Source: Synergistales bacterium (GTDB taxonomy: Bacteria > Synergistota > Synergistia > Synergistales > 79-D21). Taken from it: a DNA stretch of 64,000 bases. The translations under genes were made by a program, and so were the position numbers. The notes beneath the pieces are model-generated. The model was not told the origin of the DNA, made no database searches, and saw only the letters and a list, made by a program, of their open reading frames with translations. The stretch spans positions 61,915 to 125,914 of the forward strand of contig DAIMJI010000001.1 in the NCBI GenBank assembly GCA_036722335.1, in the 5' to 3' direction. Positions 38,319 through 46,473 of this stretch are shown one piece after another. Numbering within the stretch: position 1 is the first letter of the stretch; each line of letters starts with the position of its first letter.

Positions 38319-38675
38319 ATGGCTCTATTCCTGCCAGCCGTTTTTTTCCTTGTTGCGGCAATGGCTTTTGGGCTTTACGCAAGAAAGTCGGCGAACTTCA
38401 AGGTTCGCCGTTTTTTCTGGCTTTCACTCGTCCTGGGACTTGTTGCTTCCGCGATGGCCCTTGGCATTCTGGGCGAGTGGTGGCTCATGCTAGGGCCAAG
38501 CATCCCCCTTACCCTCATCTTGCTGCTCCGCCTAAAGTTCCCCTTCATCTTTGGGGTCATGGAAAAAAACACCTCCGGCAATGAGGAGGACAGCCCGCCC
38601 GCTAGCGCCTATAATGACGGCCATGAGGATATCGACGAAGAAAAAATCGCAACGAAAAGAAACGGCCCGCCATAG
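38319..38675 (+). CDS. Hypothetical small membrane protein (three predicted TM helices plus an acidic tail)
   Basis: 118-aa ORF starting 10 nt after the fur-family stop. It has hydrophobic segments LFLPAVFFLVAAMAFGLY, FFWLSLVLGLVASAMALGIL and LMLGPSIPLTLILLLRL, then the tail NEEDSPPASAYNDGHEDIDEE. I recognise no family. Confidence 0.5.
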   Translation: MALFLPAVFFLVAAMAFGLYARKSANFKVRRFFWLSLVLGLVASAMALGILGEWWLMLGPSIPLTLILLLRLKFPFIFGVMEKNTSGNEEDSPPASAYNDGHEDIDEEKIATKRNGPP

Positions 38676-39762
38676 GACCTTTCTGTCCCTTCTGCCCGCA
38701 ATCGCGATCCTGCTCGGGGGATTGTTTTCCTTTCCCTCACCTTCTTCGTCTTCACAGGGAGACACGCTCTACTCCATTCTCATTCCTTTCGAGGAAGGGG
38801 GAATAGTCAGGGCCGTTCTGCCGGATCAATCAACCTTCCCTATCGGGACAGTCCGCACCCTTCCGGAAAAAGCAAAATGGCCAGCCTATACGGCCAGCAA
38901 ATGGGGTGTTCCGGGAACAGTGGCGGCTTCTGCTGTCAATGCAATCCACCTTCTCATTTCCGTGGATGGAGGTAAGGGAAAGATCCTGAGCTTGATTCCT
39001 TCTGAGACAATTGCCCCTGCGGCAGGGGCGCACAGCAGCCTTGTGATAGATGGAAAGGGAGGGCATGCCCTTTTCGGAGGCTGGGCTCCCCCCGTAGGAA
39101 CCCCCGTAACGATTGTCAACCCTTCAGGGAGCGAACGGCCTCTTTCCAGTGCTCCTCTTCCCGGTCCAGGAGAGATTCTAAGGATGGACGTGAGCAGGCA
39201 ATGCTCTCCTTACATGATCGAAATTGAAAACCGCCCGGGAGGACGGGTTTTCTCCTGGTCGAGAAAATACGGCCAAACCGGGGTGATTGCAAGAGTCATT
39301 CGCCCCGTAAGGGGAACTGGGCGCTTCGAGGGGACGCTGTTCCAGTCCGTTGGGCGAATACGGGCCAACCATCCTGGCGTGATCGACATCAGCACCTCAT
39401 CGGAAGGAGCGGTGGGAGGATTCCAGATCATCCCGTTTAACCATGCCCGTTCTCCAGAAATGGCAGGCGCCTGGAACATGACACAGTGGCTTATTCTCGA
39501 TTCGCCTGACGGAAAAACCTCCCTTGCAGGCCAGCCCCCCCTTTTTGGGGGAGCCCTCGTGCCAGGAACAGGAGAAACGGAACATCTCTGGGATCTGTGG
39601 TCGACCTACGGCCGAAAACCGCTTGTGCTTTGCCGCCTTGACGGAGGCAAGTGGGAACGCCTTCCCGAGGTTTCCGGGCGCCAGGATCACGCCCTGGAGA
39701 GGTTAACGCATCTCCGGATCTATTTCCCCATCGCGGAAGAACCCATCAAGCTGGAGCCCTGA
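38623..39762 (+). CDS. Hypothetical secreted/anchored protein, no recognisable domain
   Basis: Long ORF with plausible coding character. ATG 38623 gives a basic N-region plus hydrophobic core (MRISTKKKSQRKETARHRTFLSLLPAIAILLGGLFSF), consistent with a signal peptide or anchor. The track start at 38551 is less likely. The ORF overlaps the preceding one in another frame. Confidence 0.6.
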   Translation: MRISTKKKSQRKETARHRTFLSLLPAIAILLGGLFSFPSPSSSSQGDTLYSILIPFEEGGIVRAVLPDQSTFPIGTVRTLPEKAKWPAYTASKWGVPGTVAASAVNAIHLLISVDGGKGKILSLIPSETIAPAAGAHSSLVIDGKGGHALFGGWAPPVGTPVTIVNPSGSERPLSSAPLPGPGEILRMDVSRQCSPYMIEIENRPGGRVFSWSRKYGQTGVIARVIRPVRGTGRFEGTLFQSVGRIRANHPGVIDISTSSEGAVGGFQIIPFNHARSPEMAGAWNMTQWLILDSPDGKTSLAGQPPLFGGALVPGTGETEHLWDLWSTYGRKPLVLCRLDGGKWERLPEVSGRQDHALERLTHLRIYFPIAEEPIKLEP

Positions 39763-39764
39763 TG

Positions 39765-39830
39765 AAGGCAGGCGGACGCCCGGCGGGACGAGGGAGTTCC
39801 CCCGTCCCGCCGGGCGTCCGCCTGTGCCTT
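39765..39830. terminator. Long GC-rich hairpin between convergent genes (bidirectional terminator candidate, no clear U-tract)
   Basis: AAGGCAGGCGGACGCCCGGCGGGACG (39765-39790) pairs with CGTCCCGCCGGGCGTCCGCCTG(TG)CCTT (39803-39830). The stem is about 26 bp with one 2-nt bulge. It fills the 71-nt gap between the hypothetical gene and glmS. Confidence 0.55.
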
Positions 39831-39833
39831 ATG

Positions 39834-41660
39834 CTACTCCACGGTCACGCTCTTTGCCAGGTTCCTGGGCTGGTCGATCTCGCAACCCCTTTGCTTTGCC
39901 ATGTGGTAGGCGAACATTTGAAGCGGGATGACTGTAAGGAAGGGAGTCAGGTCTTCGTCGGTCCATGGGACCCTGACGACGTCGTTCGCATGCTTCGAGA
40001 TCAACTCGTCCCCATCGTTTGCCAACGCCAGGATCGGTGAGCGACGAGCCTTGGCTTCCTGTATGTTCGAAAGCGTTTTCTCGTAAAGGCTGTCTCTCGG
40101 GATGATCGTCATGACCGGCACACCGGGTTCAAGAAGCGCGATCGGTCCATGTTTCATCTCCCCCGCCGCGTAGGCCTCAGCGTGGATATAGGAAATTTCC
40201 TTCAGTTTCAACGCTCCCTCGAGGGCTACGGGGAAGGAAATGCCCCTACCGAGGAACAGGAAATCCTTACGGTCCGAATATTTCTCCGCAAGCTCACGGA
40301 TCCTGTCTTCGCGCTCAAGCGTGATTTCCACCTTGTAGGGAAGCCTCAACAACTCTTCGAGGAGGCGGTTCTCCTCCGCAGCAGAAAGGGATTCCCTCAA
40401 CCTGCCGAGATAGAGGGCCAAAAGGTAAAGGGCCGCTATCTGCCCCATGAAAGTCTTGGTCGCCGCAACACCTATTTCGGGTCCGGCCTTCAGCAGCAGG
40501 ACATCGTGAACTTCCCTGGCCAGGGTCGCACCTCGCACGTTGGTGACGGCCATGCAGTGAGCGCCCTGAGTGCGCGCCAGCCTCTGGGCAGCGATCGTAT
40601 CTGCCGTTTCTCCCGATTGGGACACAAAAACGGCCAGGGTTTCCGCATCTGCCCTCGAATGGCGGTAGCGATATTCCGAAGCGATATCGACCTTGACTTC
40701 CAGGTCGGTCCATTTTTCAAGGACTCTTTCTGCCACAAGGGCCGCGTAGTAGGAAGTCCCGCACGCCACGATATGCAATTTCTTCCAAGACTTGACCAGT
40801 TCCGGCTCCCACCCAAGCTCCGCGGATAAATCAACCTTGCCGTTTTCCACACGCCCCTTGAGAGTCGTCCGCAGGACAGCCCCCTGCTCGTGGATTTCCT
40901 TGAGCATGAAATGAGGGTAGGCAGCCTTCTCGGTCATCGAGATGTCCCAATCGATGACGGAAAGGGTTTTATCCACTGGCATGCCTTCACTCGTCCAAAC
41001 CCGCAGACTCCCTTTGGAAACCGCCGCGATTTCTCCTTCTTCCAGGTACGCGATCTGGCGGGTATAGGGCAATAGGGCAGGAACGTCAGACGCGCAAAAA
41101 CCTTCCCCCTCCCCCACCCCAAGGATCAGGGGAGAGCCTTTCCTCAGGCAGAAGAAAGTATCTTCTATCTCGCGGTTCATGATGGCCAAGGCATACGATC
41201 CACGCAGCTTTTCCACCAGCTTGAGGAGAGCTTCAAGCATGTCCCCCTGGTAAAGACGCGCCAACAGCTGGACGATAACCTCCGTGTCCGTTTCGGAACA
41301 GAAGGGAACTCCTGCCGCTTCCAGTTCCTCCCTGAGATCCATGTAATTCTCGATGATCCCGTTGTGGACAAGGACAAAATTCCCGCAATCGTCACAATGC
41401 GGGTGCGCGTTGTCCACTGACACCCCTCCGTGGGTCGCCCACCGTGTGTGACCGATTCCCTGGTTGCCTACCAGGTTTCTTTCCCCCGCAAGCCGTTCCA
41501 GGTCCGAGACCTTTCCAACCTCCTTGATGACCTCGAGGCGCCCGTCGTTTCTAACGGCCATGCCTGCCGAGTCATACCCGCGGTATTCCAGTCTCTTCAG
41601 GCCTTCCAGGAGGACCTCCGGAGCGTTTCGCATGCCCACGTAGCCCACTATTCCACACAT
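39834..41660 (-). CDS. glmS: Glutamine--fructose-6-phosphate aminotransferase GlmS
   Basis: 608 aa from ATG 41660 (MCGIVGYVG, with the Cys2 nucleophile), two SIS domains, and the C-terminal NLAKSVTVE. The track start (GTG 41819) would read through the ribozyme. Confidence 0.96.
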   Translation of the reverse strand: MCGIVGYVGMRNAPEVLLEGLKRLEYRGYDSAGMAVRNDGRLEVIKEVGKVSDLERLAGERNLVGNQGIGHTRWATHGGVSVDNAHPHCDDCGNFVLVHNGIIENYMDLREELEAAGVPFCSETDTEVIVQLLARLYQGDMLEALLKLVEKLRGSYALAIMNREIEDTFFCLRKGSPLILGVGEGEGFCASDVPALLPYTRQIAYLEEGEIAAVSKGSLRVWTSEGMPVDKTLSVIDWDISMTEKAAYPHFMLKEIHEQGAVLRTTLKGRVENGKVDLSAELGWEPELVKSWKKLHIVACGTSYYAALVAERVLEKWTDLEVKVDIASEYRYRHSRADAETLAVFVSQSGETADTIAAQRLARTQGAHCMAVTNVRGATLAREVHDVLLLKAGPEIGVAATKTFMGQIAALYLLALYLGRLRESLSAAEENRLLEELLRLPYKVEITLEREDRIRELAEKYSDRKDFLFLGRGISFPVALEGALKLKEISYIHAEAYAAGEMKHGPIALLEPGVPVMTIIPRDSLYEKTLSNIQEAKARRSPILALANDGDELISKHANDVVRVPWTDEDLTPFLTVIPLQMFAYHMAKQRGCEIDQPRNLAKSVTVE

Positions 41661-41664
41661 TTCT

Positions 41665-41836
41665 TTCTTCGCCCCTTTGCTTTCCAGCAAGAGACCCGGC
41701 CTTTGTCCCGGGAATCGCTTCCCGTATTTGTAGCCGGGTTTTAACGGGCCTCTCCTGCAAAGGCCCCAGGGGTATCCGCCGAATTTTCGATTGCCCCCGT
41801 CCTCGTCAACTGGTTTCACCAGTTCAGGCGCTTGAC
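41665..41836 (-). promoter_or_regulatory. glmS ribozyme (GlcN6P-activated self-cleaving riboswitch) in the glmS 5' leader
   Basis: The minus-strand RNA reads UCA-AGCGCCUGAACUGGUGAAACCAGUUGACGAGGACGGGGGCAAUCGAAAAUUCGGCGGAUACCCCUGGGGCC. This matches the conserved glmS core (A/GCGCC.GAACU ... GACGAGGA.GG.GG.. AUCGAA.UUUCGGCGGAU.CC). The predicted cleavage site is 5' of G 41831. The element fills the galU-glmS intergenic region. Confidence 0.9.
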
Positions 41837-41851
41837 CATATCCGCGTTATT

Positions 41852-42739
41852 TCACCGTCTCCCGCCTTCTGAAACCTCCTTTCTGACGATGTCCATAACG
41901 AACCCGTTCAACTCGGGGTCGCGAAGGGCCATCGTGATCGTGGCTTTCAGCCATCCTTTCTTTGTCCCGCAATCCAGCCTTTCTCCCTTGTATAGCAAGC
42001 CGAAGACCGGTTCCTCCGCAAGAAGTTCACGAATCGCGTCCGTCAGTTGGATTTCTCCCCCCACCCCTACCCTGCCCGAATGGAGATGTTTGAAAATCGA
42101 AGGACTCAGGAGATACCGCCCTATTATGGCCAGACGGCTTGGCGCCTCTCCAGAAGCGGGCTTTTCCACAAGGTTCGAGATCCTGAAGACCCCGTCGGCA
42201 CATTCCTCTCCCTCGATGATCCCGTAGCGCGAAGTTTCGTCCCAGGGTACTTCCTCCAGGGCCAACACGGATCCCCCAAAGGTGGAGTGTACTTCAGCCA
42301 GTTGTCCCAGGACCGGCTTTTCGGAGAGAATGACGTCGTCAGGAAGGATCAATCCGAAATATGAATCGTTTAGGCACGGTTCGCCGCACGCGACAGCATG
42401 CCCAAGGCCAAGGGGCTCAGACTGCCTGACGTAGGCAAAGTTGGCCATTTCCGAGATCCTGACCAGTTCGTCCCTTAATACGGCTTTCCCTCTACTCGCA
42501 AGTAAATGCTCGAGCTCCATCGAGCGATCGAAATAATCCTCGATGGATCGCTTGCTTCTGCCGGTAACAAAGACGATATCCCTGCATCCCGAAGAGACGG
42601 CTTCATCAACTCCGTAATGGATGATCGGGCGGTCGATGAGGGGAAGCATTTCCTTCGGGATATCCTTGGTCGCTGGCAGAAAGCGCGTTCCTAGTCCCGC
42701 CACCGGAAACAGGCACTTCTGGAGAGGATTCCTGTCCAT
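41852..42739 (-). CDS. galU: UTP--glucose-1-phosphate uridylyltransferase GalU
   Basis: N-terminal KCLFPVAGLGTRFLPATKDIPKEMLP and a VEKP block. Confidence 0.93.
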   Translation of the reverse strand: MDRNPLQKCLFPVAGLGTRFLPATKDIPKEMLPLIDRPIIHYGVDEAVSSGCRDIVFVTGRSKRSIEDYFDRSMELEHLLASRGKAVLRDELVRISEMANFAYVRQSEPLGLGHAVACGEPCLNDSYFGLILPDDVILSEKPVLGQLAEVHSTFGGSVLALEEVPWDETSRYGIIEGEECADGVFRISNLVEKPASGEAPSRLAIIGRYLLSPSIFKHLHSGRVGVGGEIQLTDAIRELLAEEPVFGLLYKGERLDCGTKKGWLKATITMALRDPELNGFVMDIVRKEVSEGGRR

Positions 42740-42744
42740 GGGAT

Positions 42745-44133
42745 TTAGCGCCTCCCTTCAAAGGGCACACCCGTCGCGGCAGTCCGTATGCTATCCAGGA
42801 TGTACTCCGAGACCTCAAACAGGAGGGACTCGTCCCTCGCCTCCACAAGAACGCGCACAAGCGGTTCCGTCCCTGACATCCTGACGAACACTCTTCCTTG
42901 GTCCCCCAGTTTTGACTCGCTATTCCTGATGGCCTTCTGGACGCCCTCGTTTTCAAGGATGCCCATCTTCGTCTCGACTCTCAAGTTTTTCAGGACTTGC
43001 GGGAATCTCCCGAAACGGTCAACCAGGGTGTCCATTTCTTCGCCAAGTTCCTGGCATGCCTTCAGGAAATTCAGTGCTGTGCAAAGACCGTCGCCCGTGT
43101 GAACATGCTGGTGCAGGATAATATGGCCGGACTGTTCACCCCCCAGCCTCGAACTGCTTCTTCTCATCGCCTCGAGCACGTAGCGGTCTCCCACTGGGCA
43201 CCGCACCATGTTAATCCCTTTTTCCGCCAGTCTCTCCTCGAGGGCGAGGTTGCTCATGACGGTCGAAACGACACATGCCCCCAGCGCCCCTTTCCCATGA
43301 AGCCACCGGGCCAGGACCCAGAGCATGATATCCCCGTCCAGCACCCTGCCGCGAGAATCGGCCAGTAGGACCCTGTCTGCGTCTCCATCCAGGGCAATTC
43401 CGAAGTGGGCCTCGTTCGCGGCGATTGCGGAAGCCAGGTGGGGCATATGCATGACCCCCACGCCTTCATTGATGTTCAGCCCGTCGGGGGTGTTTCCAAC
43501 GAGTCGGACATCCAGGCCGCACGAAGTGAAAACATCGCCCGCGATCGGGCTTGCGGCACCGTTCGCGCAGTCGACGACAGTCCTATGCCCGGAAAGCCAG
43601 CCCTCGCCGAAAAGCCCTTTCAGCCAGTCGGAATAACGTGCCGCTTCTTCGCACGACTGCCTCACTACGCCGATGGAAGCCCCTGACGGGCGCCATTCGT
43701 CCATTAGAGGATCCCCGAGGTAATCCTCGATCGAAGCCTCGTCATCGTCGCTCAGCTTATAACCTTTGGCATCGAGGAACTTGATGCCGTTGTATTCCGC
43801 GGGGTTGTGTGAGGCACTTATGACAGCGCCTCCGTTGATCCCGGTGTGGCGAACCGAAAAACTCACTCCGGGTGTCGGAATGACCCCAAGCGAAAGGACG
43901 TCGGCACCGGCAGACGTCAAGCCTGCAGACAACGCAGCCTCCAGCATGTTCCCCGATCGGCGCGTGTCCCGGCCCACTGCCACTGTCGGCCGCGGAATCC
44001 CCCTCTCGGTCATGAAAAGCACGAAAGCCCGTCCCAGGCTCATCGCCATTTCCGGGGTCATCAGCCCTCTGTTCGCAACATCCCTAACCCCGTCCGTACC
44101 AAAAAGACACCTGATTTTGCTGGTCTCGGGCAT
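42745..44133 (-). CDS. glmM: Phosphoglucosamine mutase GlmM
   Basis: FGTDGVRD, the active-site GAVISASHNPAEYNGIKF (phosphoserine loop), and GIALDGDADR. Confidence 0.95.
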   Translation of the reverse strand: MPETSKIRCLFGTDGVRDVANRGLMTPEMAMSLGRAFVLFMTERGIPRPTVAVGRDTRRSGNMLEAALSAGLTSAGADVLSLGVIPTPGVSFSVRHTGINGGAVISASHNPAEYNGIKFLDAKGYKLSDDDEASIEDYLGDPLMDEWRPSGASIGVVRQSCEEAARYSDWLKGLFGEGWLSGHRTVVDCANGAASPIAGDVFTSCGLDVRLVGNTPDGLNINEGVGVMHMPHLASAIAANEAHFGIALDGDADRVLLADSRGRVLDGDIMLWVLARWLHGKGALGACVVSTVMSNLALEERLAEKGINMVRCPVGDRYVLEAMRRSSSRLGGEQSGHIILHQHVHTGDGLCTALNFLKACQELGEEMDTLVDRFGRFPQVLKNLRVETKMGILENEGVQKAIRNSESKLGDQGRVFVRMSGTEPLVRVLVEARDESLLFEVSEYILDSIRTAATGVPFEGRR

Positions 44134-44159
44134 CAGCCTTCACCTCGTCCTTTTCTCTA

Positions 44160-45389
44160 TTACTGGCTGATCGCGTGCAAGGTGACGCGTTCAGGCTCCA
44201 CTTTCAACACGCGGATCTCCTTTGAGTTGATACGAACCTGGACCGGAACGACAATCTTCCTGGAAACAAGGTTCGTTACATCGACGTAGACTTCAACTAG
44301 GCTTTCCTCAAGATCGGGGAGCCTTGACTCCCCCGAGGCTGAACCCAGCTGGACGCTGACCGTGGAGGGCACCGGTTTCCAGGAAGGATAAACGCTCTTT
44401 CCCTCAACTTTCACCGGCAGTTTCAGCCTGACAAATCCCGTCCCATTGTCTACAGGGCGAACCACCAGGGAAACCTTGACCTTGCCCGAGCCAAGCACTC
44501 TCACTTGTCCAGATGGAAGGATCGGTTCAACGTCCACCGTCCTGTCCTCGGCAAGCCCCGATACATCCACCGGTGAGGTTTGAAGGTGGTCCACCATGCC
44601 CAGGGCGGAACTTGCTCCGACTACCTGCACAGACTGGGGTATGACCACCGCTTCTTCTATCCGGTAGCCCGGTTCGGGAGTCCCCGTCAAGTTTGCGACG
44701 ACCGGGAGATCTTTCTTCTCCACATCTTTCACCATCTTCGCCTGCAGCCTTATCTCCTTTGGATAGAGATCGACTCCGCCGGAAACGGCAAGACCTTTGT
44801 CGGTCTTCAGCTTGACCTCAAGGGTGATCTCCTCGCCTGCGAGGATCTGGGCAGGGTTAGGGGTGATTTGCGCTTCCGAAATGGTCGCAAGAAGGTTTTC
44901 AGCCCCCCTGACCGTCACTTCCGAGGGGGTAAGGGATAATGTATCAACAAGCGCCCCTTCAGGGAAAGGCCCTGACCAGGCAATCTTGACCGGGAGGACC
45001 TTCTCGATGAGGCGGACAAGTTCAACCGTAACCTGTTCGGGAGAAACCGAAACAAGCCTGACCCCTGGCGGGAGAAGAACCCTGGCGGGAAGCCTGTATT
45101 TCCCGCCTTCGAGCCCCTTGAGATCCACTTCGCAAGAAAGCTTGTCAAGTTCAAGGTTCTCGAAAAGCTTACGGTTTGCCGCGATCCTGACCTGGACGTC
45201 CCGGACGCTGTGGGTCATCGAAAAACCCGGAGAAGCGTTCCTGTAGTCAACCCTAAGGCGCAAAGTCTTGTTGACTTCGGATCCCCTGTCCCCCGCGACA
45301 TAAAGCCAGACTAGCAAAGCTACGCCAAGAGCGACGCCCCTGAGGAAAAGTCTCGAGGAGAGAAGTGCGTCAAGGCGTTTAAGCGCCAT
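44160..45389 (-). CDS. cdaR: YbbR-domain protein CdaR (diadenylate cyclase regulator)
   Basis: N-terminal TM helix followed by four repeated beta-rich roughly 85-aa YbbR-like modules. It lies immediately downstream of, and overlaps, cdaA. Confidence 0.85.
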   Translation of the reverse strand: MALKRLDALLSSRLFLRGVALGVALLVWLYVAGDRGSEVNKTLRLRVDYRNASPGFSMTHSVRDVQVRIAANRKLFENLELDKLSCEVDLKGLEGGKYRLPARVLLPPGVRLVSVSPEQVTVELVRLIEKVLPVKIAWSGPFPEGALVDTLSLTPSEVTVRGAENLLATISEAQITPNPAQILAGEEITLEVKLKTDKGLAVSGGVDLYPKEIRLQAKMVKDVEKKDLPVVANLTGTPEPGYRIEEAVVIPQSVQVVGASSALGMVDHLQTSPVDVSGLAEDRTVDVEPILPSGQVRVLGSGKVKVSLVVRPVDNGTGFVRLKLPVKVEGKSVYPSWKPVPSTVSVQLGSASGESRLPDLEESLVEVYVDVTNLVSRKIVVPVQVRINSKEIRVLKVEPERVTLHAISQ

Positions 45390-46206
45390 CTCGCTCTTCC
45401 TCCCTCCACATCGACTTTATCTCCTCCCTGAGTTGGTCCCATAACCCCTTGGGACCTTCCTTCGCCATGAAATAATGGTAAACCAGGCGGCGTACCTGCT
45501 CTTCCTTAAGGCCTCTTGAAAGATGCCCGTTGGTCGCAAGGGCGACCTCTCCGCGCTCTTCCGAAACCACAAGCGCGATCGCATCAGAGACTTCCGTAAC
45601 CCCAAGGGCCGCCCGATGCCTGGTGCCATACCACCTGGAAAGATCCGTATTCGAAGTCAAGGGCAGGTAGCAGGCAGCGGCCACGATGAGGCTCCTGTCG
45701 ATGATGGCCGCGCCGTCGTGCAAGGGATTGTTGGGCCAGAAAATCGACACGATCAACTCCTGGGTGATTTCGGCGTTCAATTTTACTGCAGAGCGCCAGA
45801 CATCCGCCAATCCCGTCTCACGCTGAAAAACGAGGATAGCCCCGAGGCGCTGGCCCTGCAAATAGCTGATGGCCCTCGTCACGTCATCCGCCATTTGCTC
45901 GGCGTGCTCTATCGCCTGGCGCCTTTTCCAGATCCTGCCCCTCCCGAGTTCTTCAAGCATGCGCCGCAATTCGGGCTGGAAAACGATCGGGATCGCAATG
46001 AATATCGCGCCTAAAGCTCTCTCGAGGATCCAGGACAGGGCCTTCAGGTCGAGGTACTTCGAAGCGGCTGCGGTAGCGATGAGGATAAGGATCCCTTTGA
46101 CAAGCTGCATGGCCCGGGTATCGACCATGAGGAGCAAAACCCGGTAAAGGATAAAGGCCACGATGAAAATGTCAAGCAGATCCTGCCATCGGAAGTTTTC
46201 AAGCAT
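45379..46206 (-). CDS. cdaA: Diadenylate cyclase CdaA (DisA_N/DAC domain, membrane-anchored)
   Basis: Three N-terminal TM helices and the DAC motifs PLHDGAAIID and YGTRHRAALGVTE. Confidence 0.93.
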   Translation of the reverse strand: MLENFRWQDLLDIFIVAFILYRVLLLMVDTRAMQLVKGILILIATAAASKYLDLKALSWILERALGAIFIAIPIVFQPELRRMLEELGRGRIWKRRQAIEHAEQMADDVTRAISYLQGQRLGAILVFQRETGLADVWRSAVKLNAEITQELIVSIFWPNNPLHDGAAIIDRSLIVAAACYLPLTSNTDLSRWYGTRHRAALGVTEVSDAIALVVSEERGEVALATNGHLSRGLKEEQVRRLVYHYFMAKEGPKGLWDQLREEIKSMWREEERDGA

Positions 46207-46473
46207 CCCTTGCCTCCGTCGTGATTCTTGGCGTTTCAGGCGTGGCGCTTCCCCGAAAAAGGGAATCAGCCCGGGTCATTGAAGAGCGTGAGAGGGAAGT
46301 CACCTTCGGTCACTCCGGGGCAAATGCTTGAAATCCGCCAGCCTGCGGTGCGCGTTGCCGATGGGTCGGCGAAAAAAAATCCCCTGCCTCGACGAAAAAC
46401 CCCTGGTTGTCATACAAGACCTCCCGATGAAGCCACGAGTTCTAGTTTATCCCAAATTTAGGGACTATTGGCG

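Noticed and set aside
37581-39830. The plus-strand island as a tRNA-targeted integrated element
   Set aside because: No integrase, recombinase or phage gene is present, and I saw no repeat of the tRNA 3' end. The island also lies on the 5' side of the minus-strand tRNA, whereas integration normally targets the 3' end.
41661-41819. 53-codon N-terminal extension of glmS (track start GTG 41819)
   Set aside because: GlmS must begin with Met-Cys (MCGIVGY) at 41660 because Cys2 is the Ntn nucleophile. The supposed extension is the glmS ribozyme.
46207-46473. Idea that the cdaA leader is a c-di-AMP (ydaO-type) riboswitch
   Set aside because: I could not match the pseudo-twofold conserved core of that class by eye. 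Only generic short hairpins are present. The region is kept as a low-interest finding for a cmscan check.
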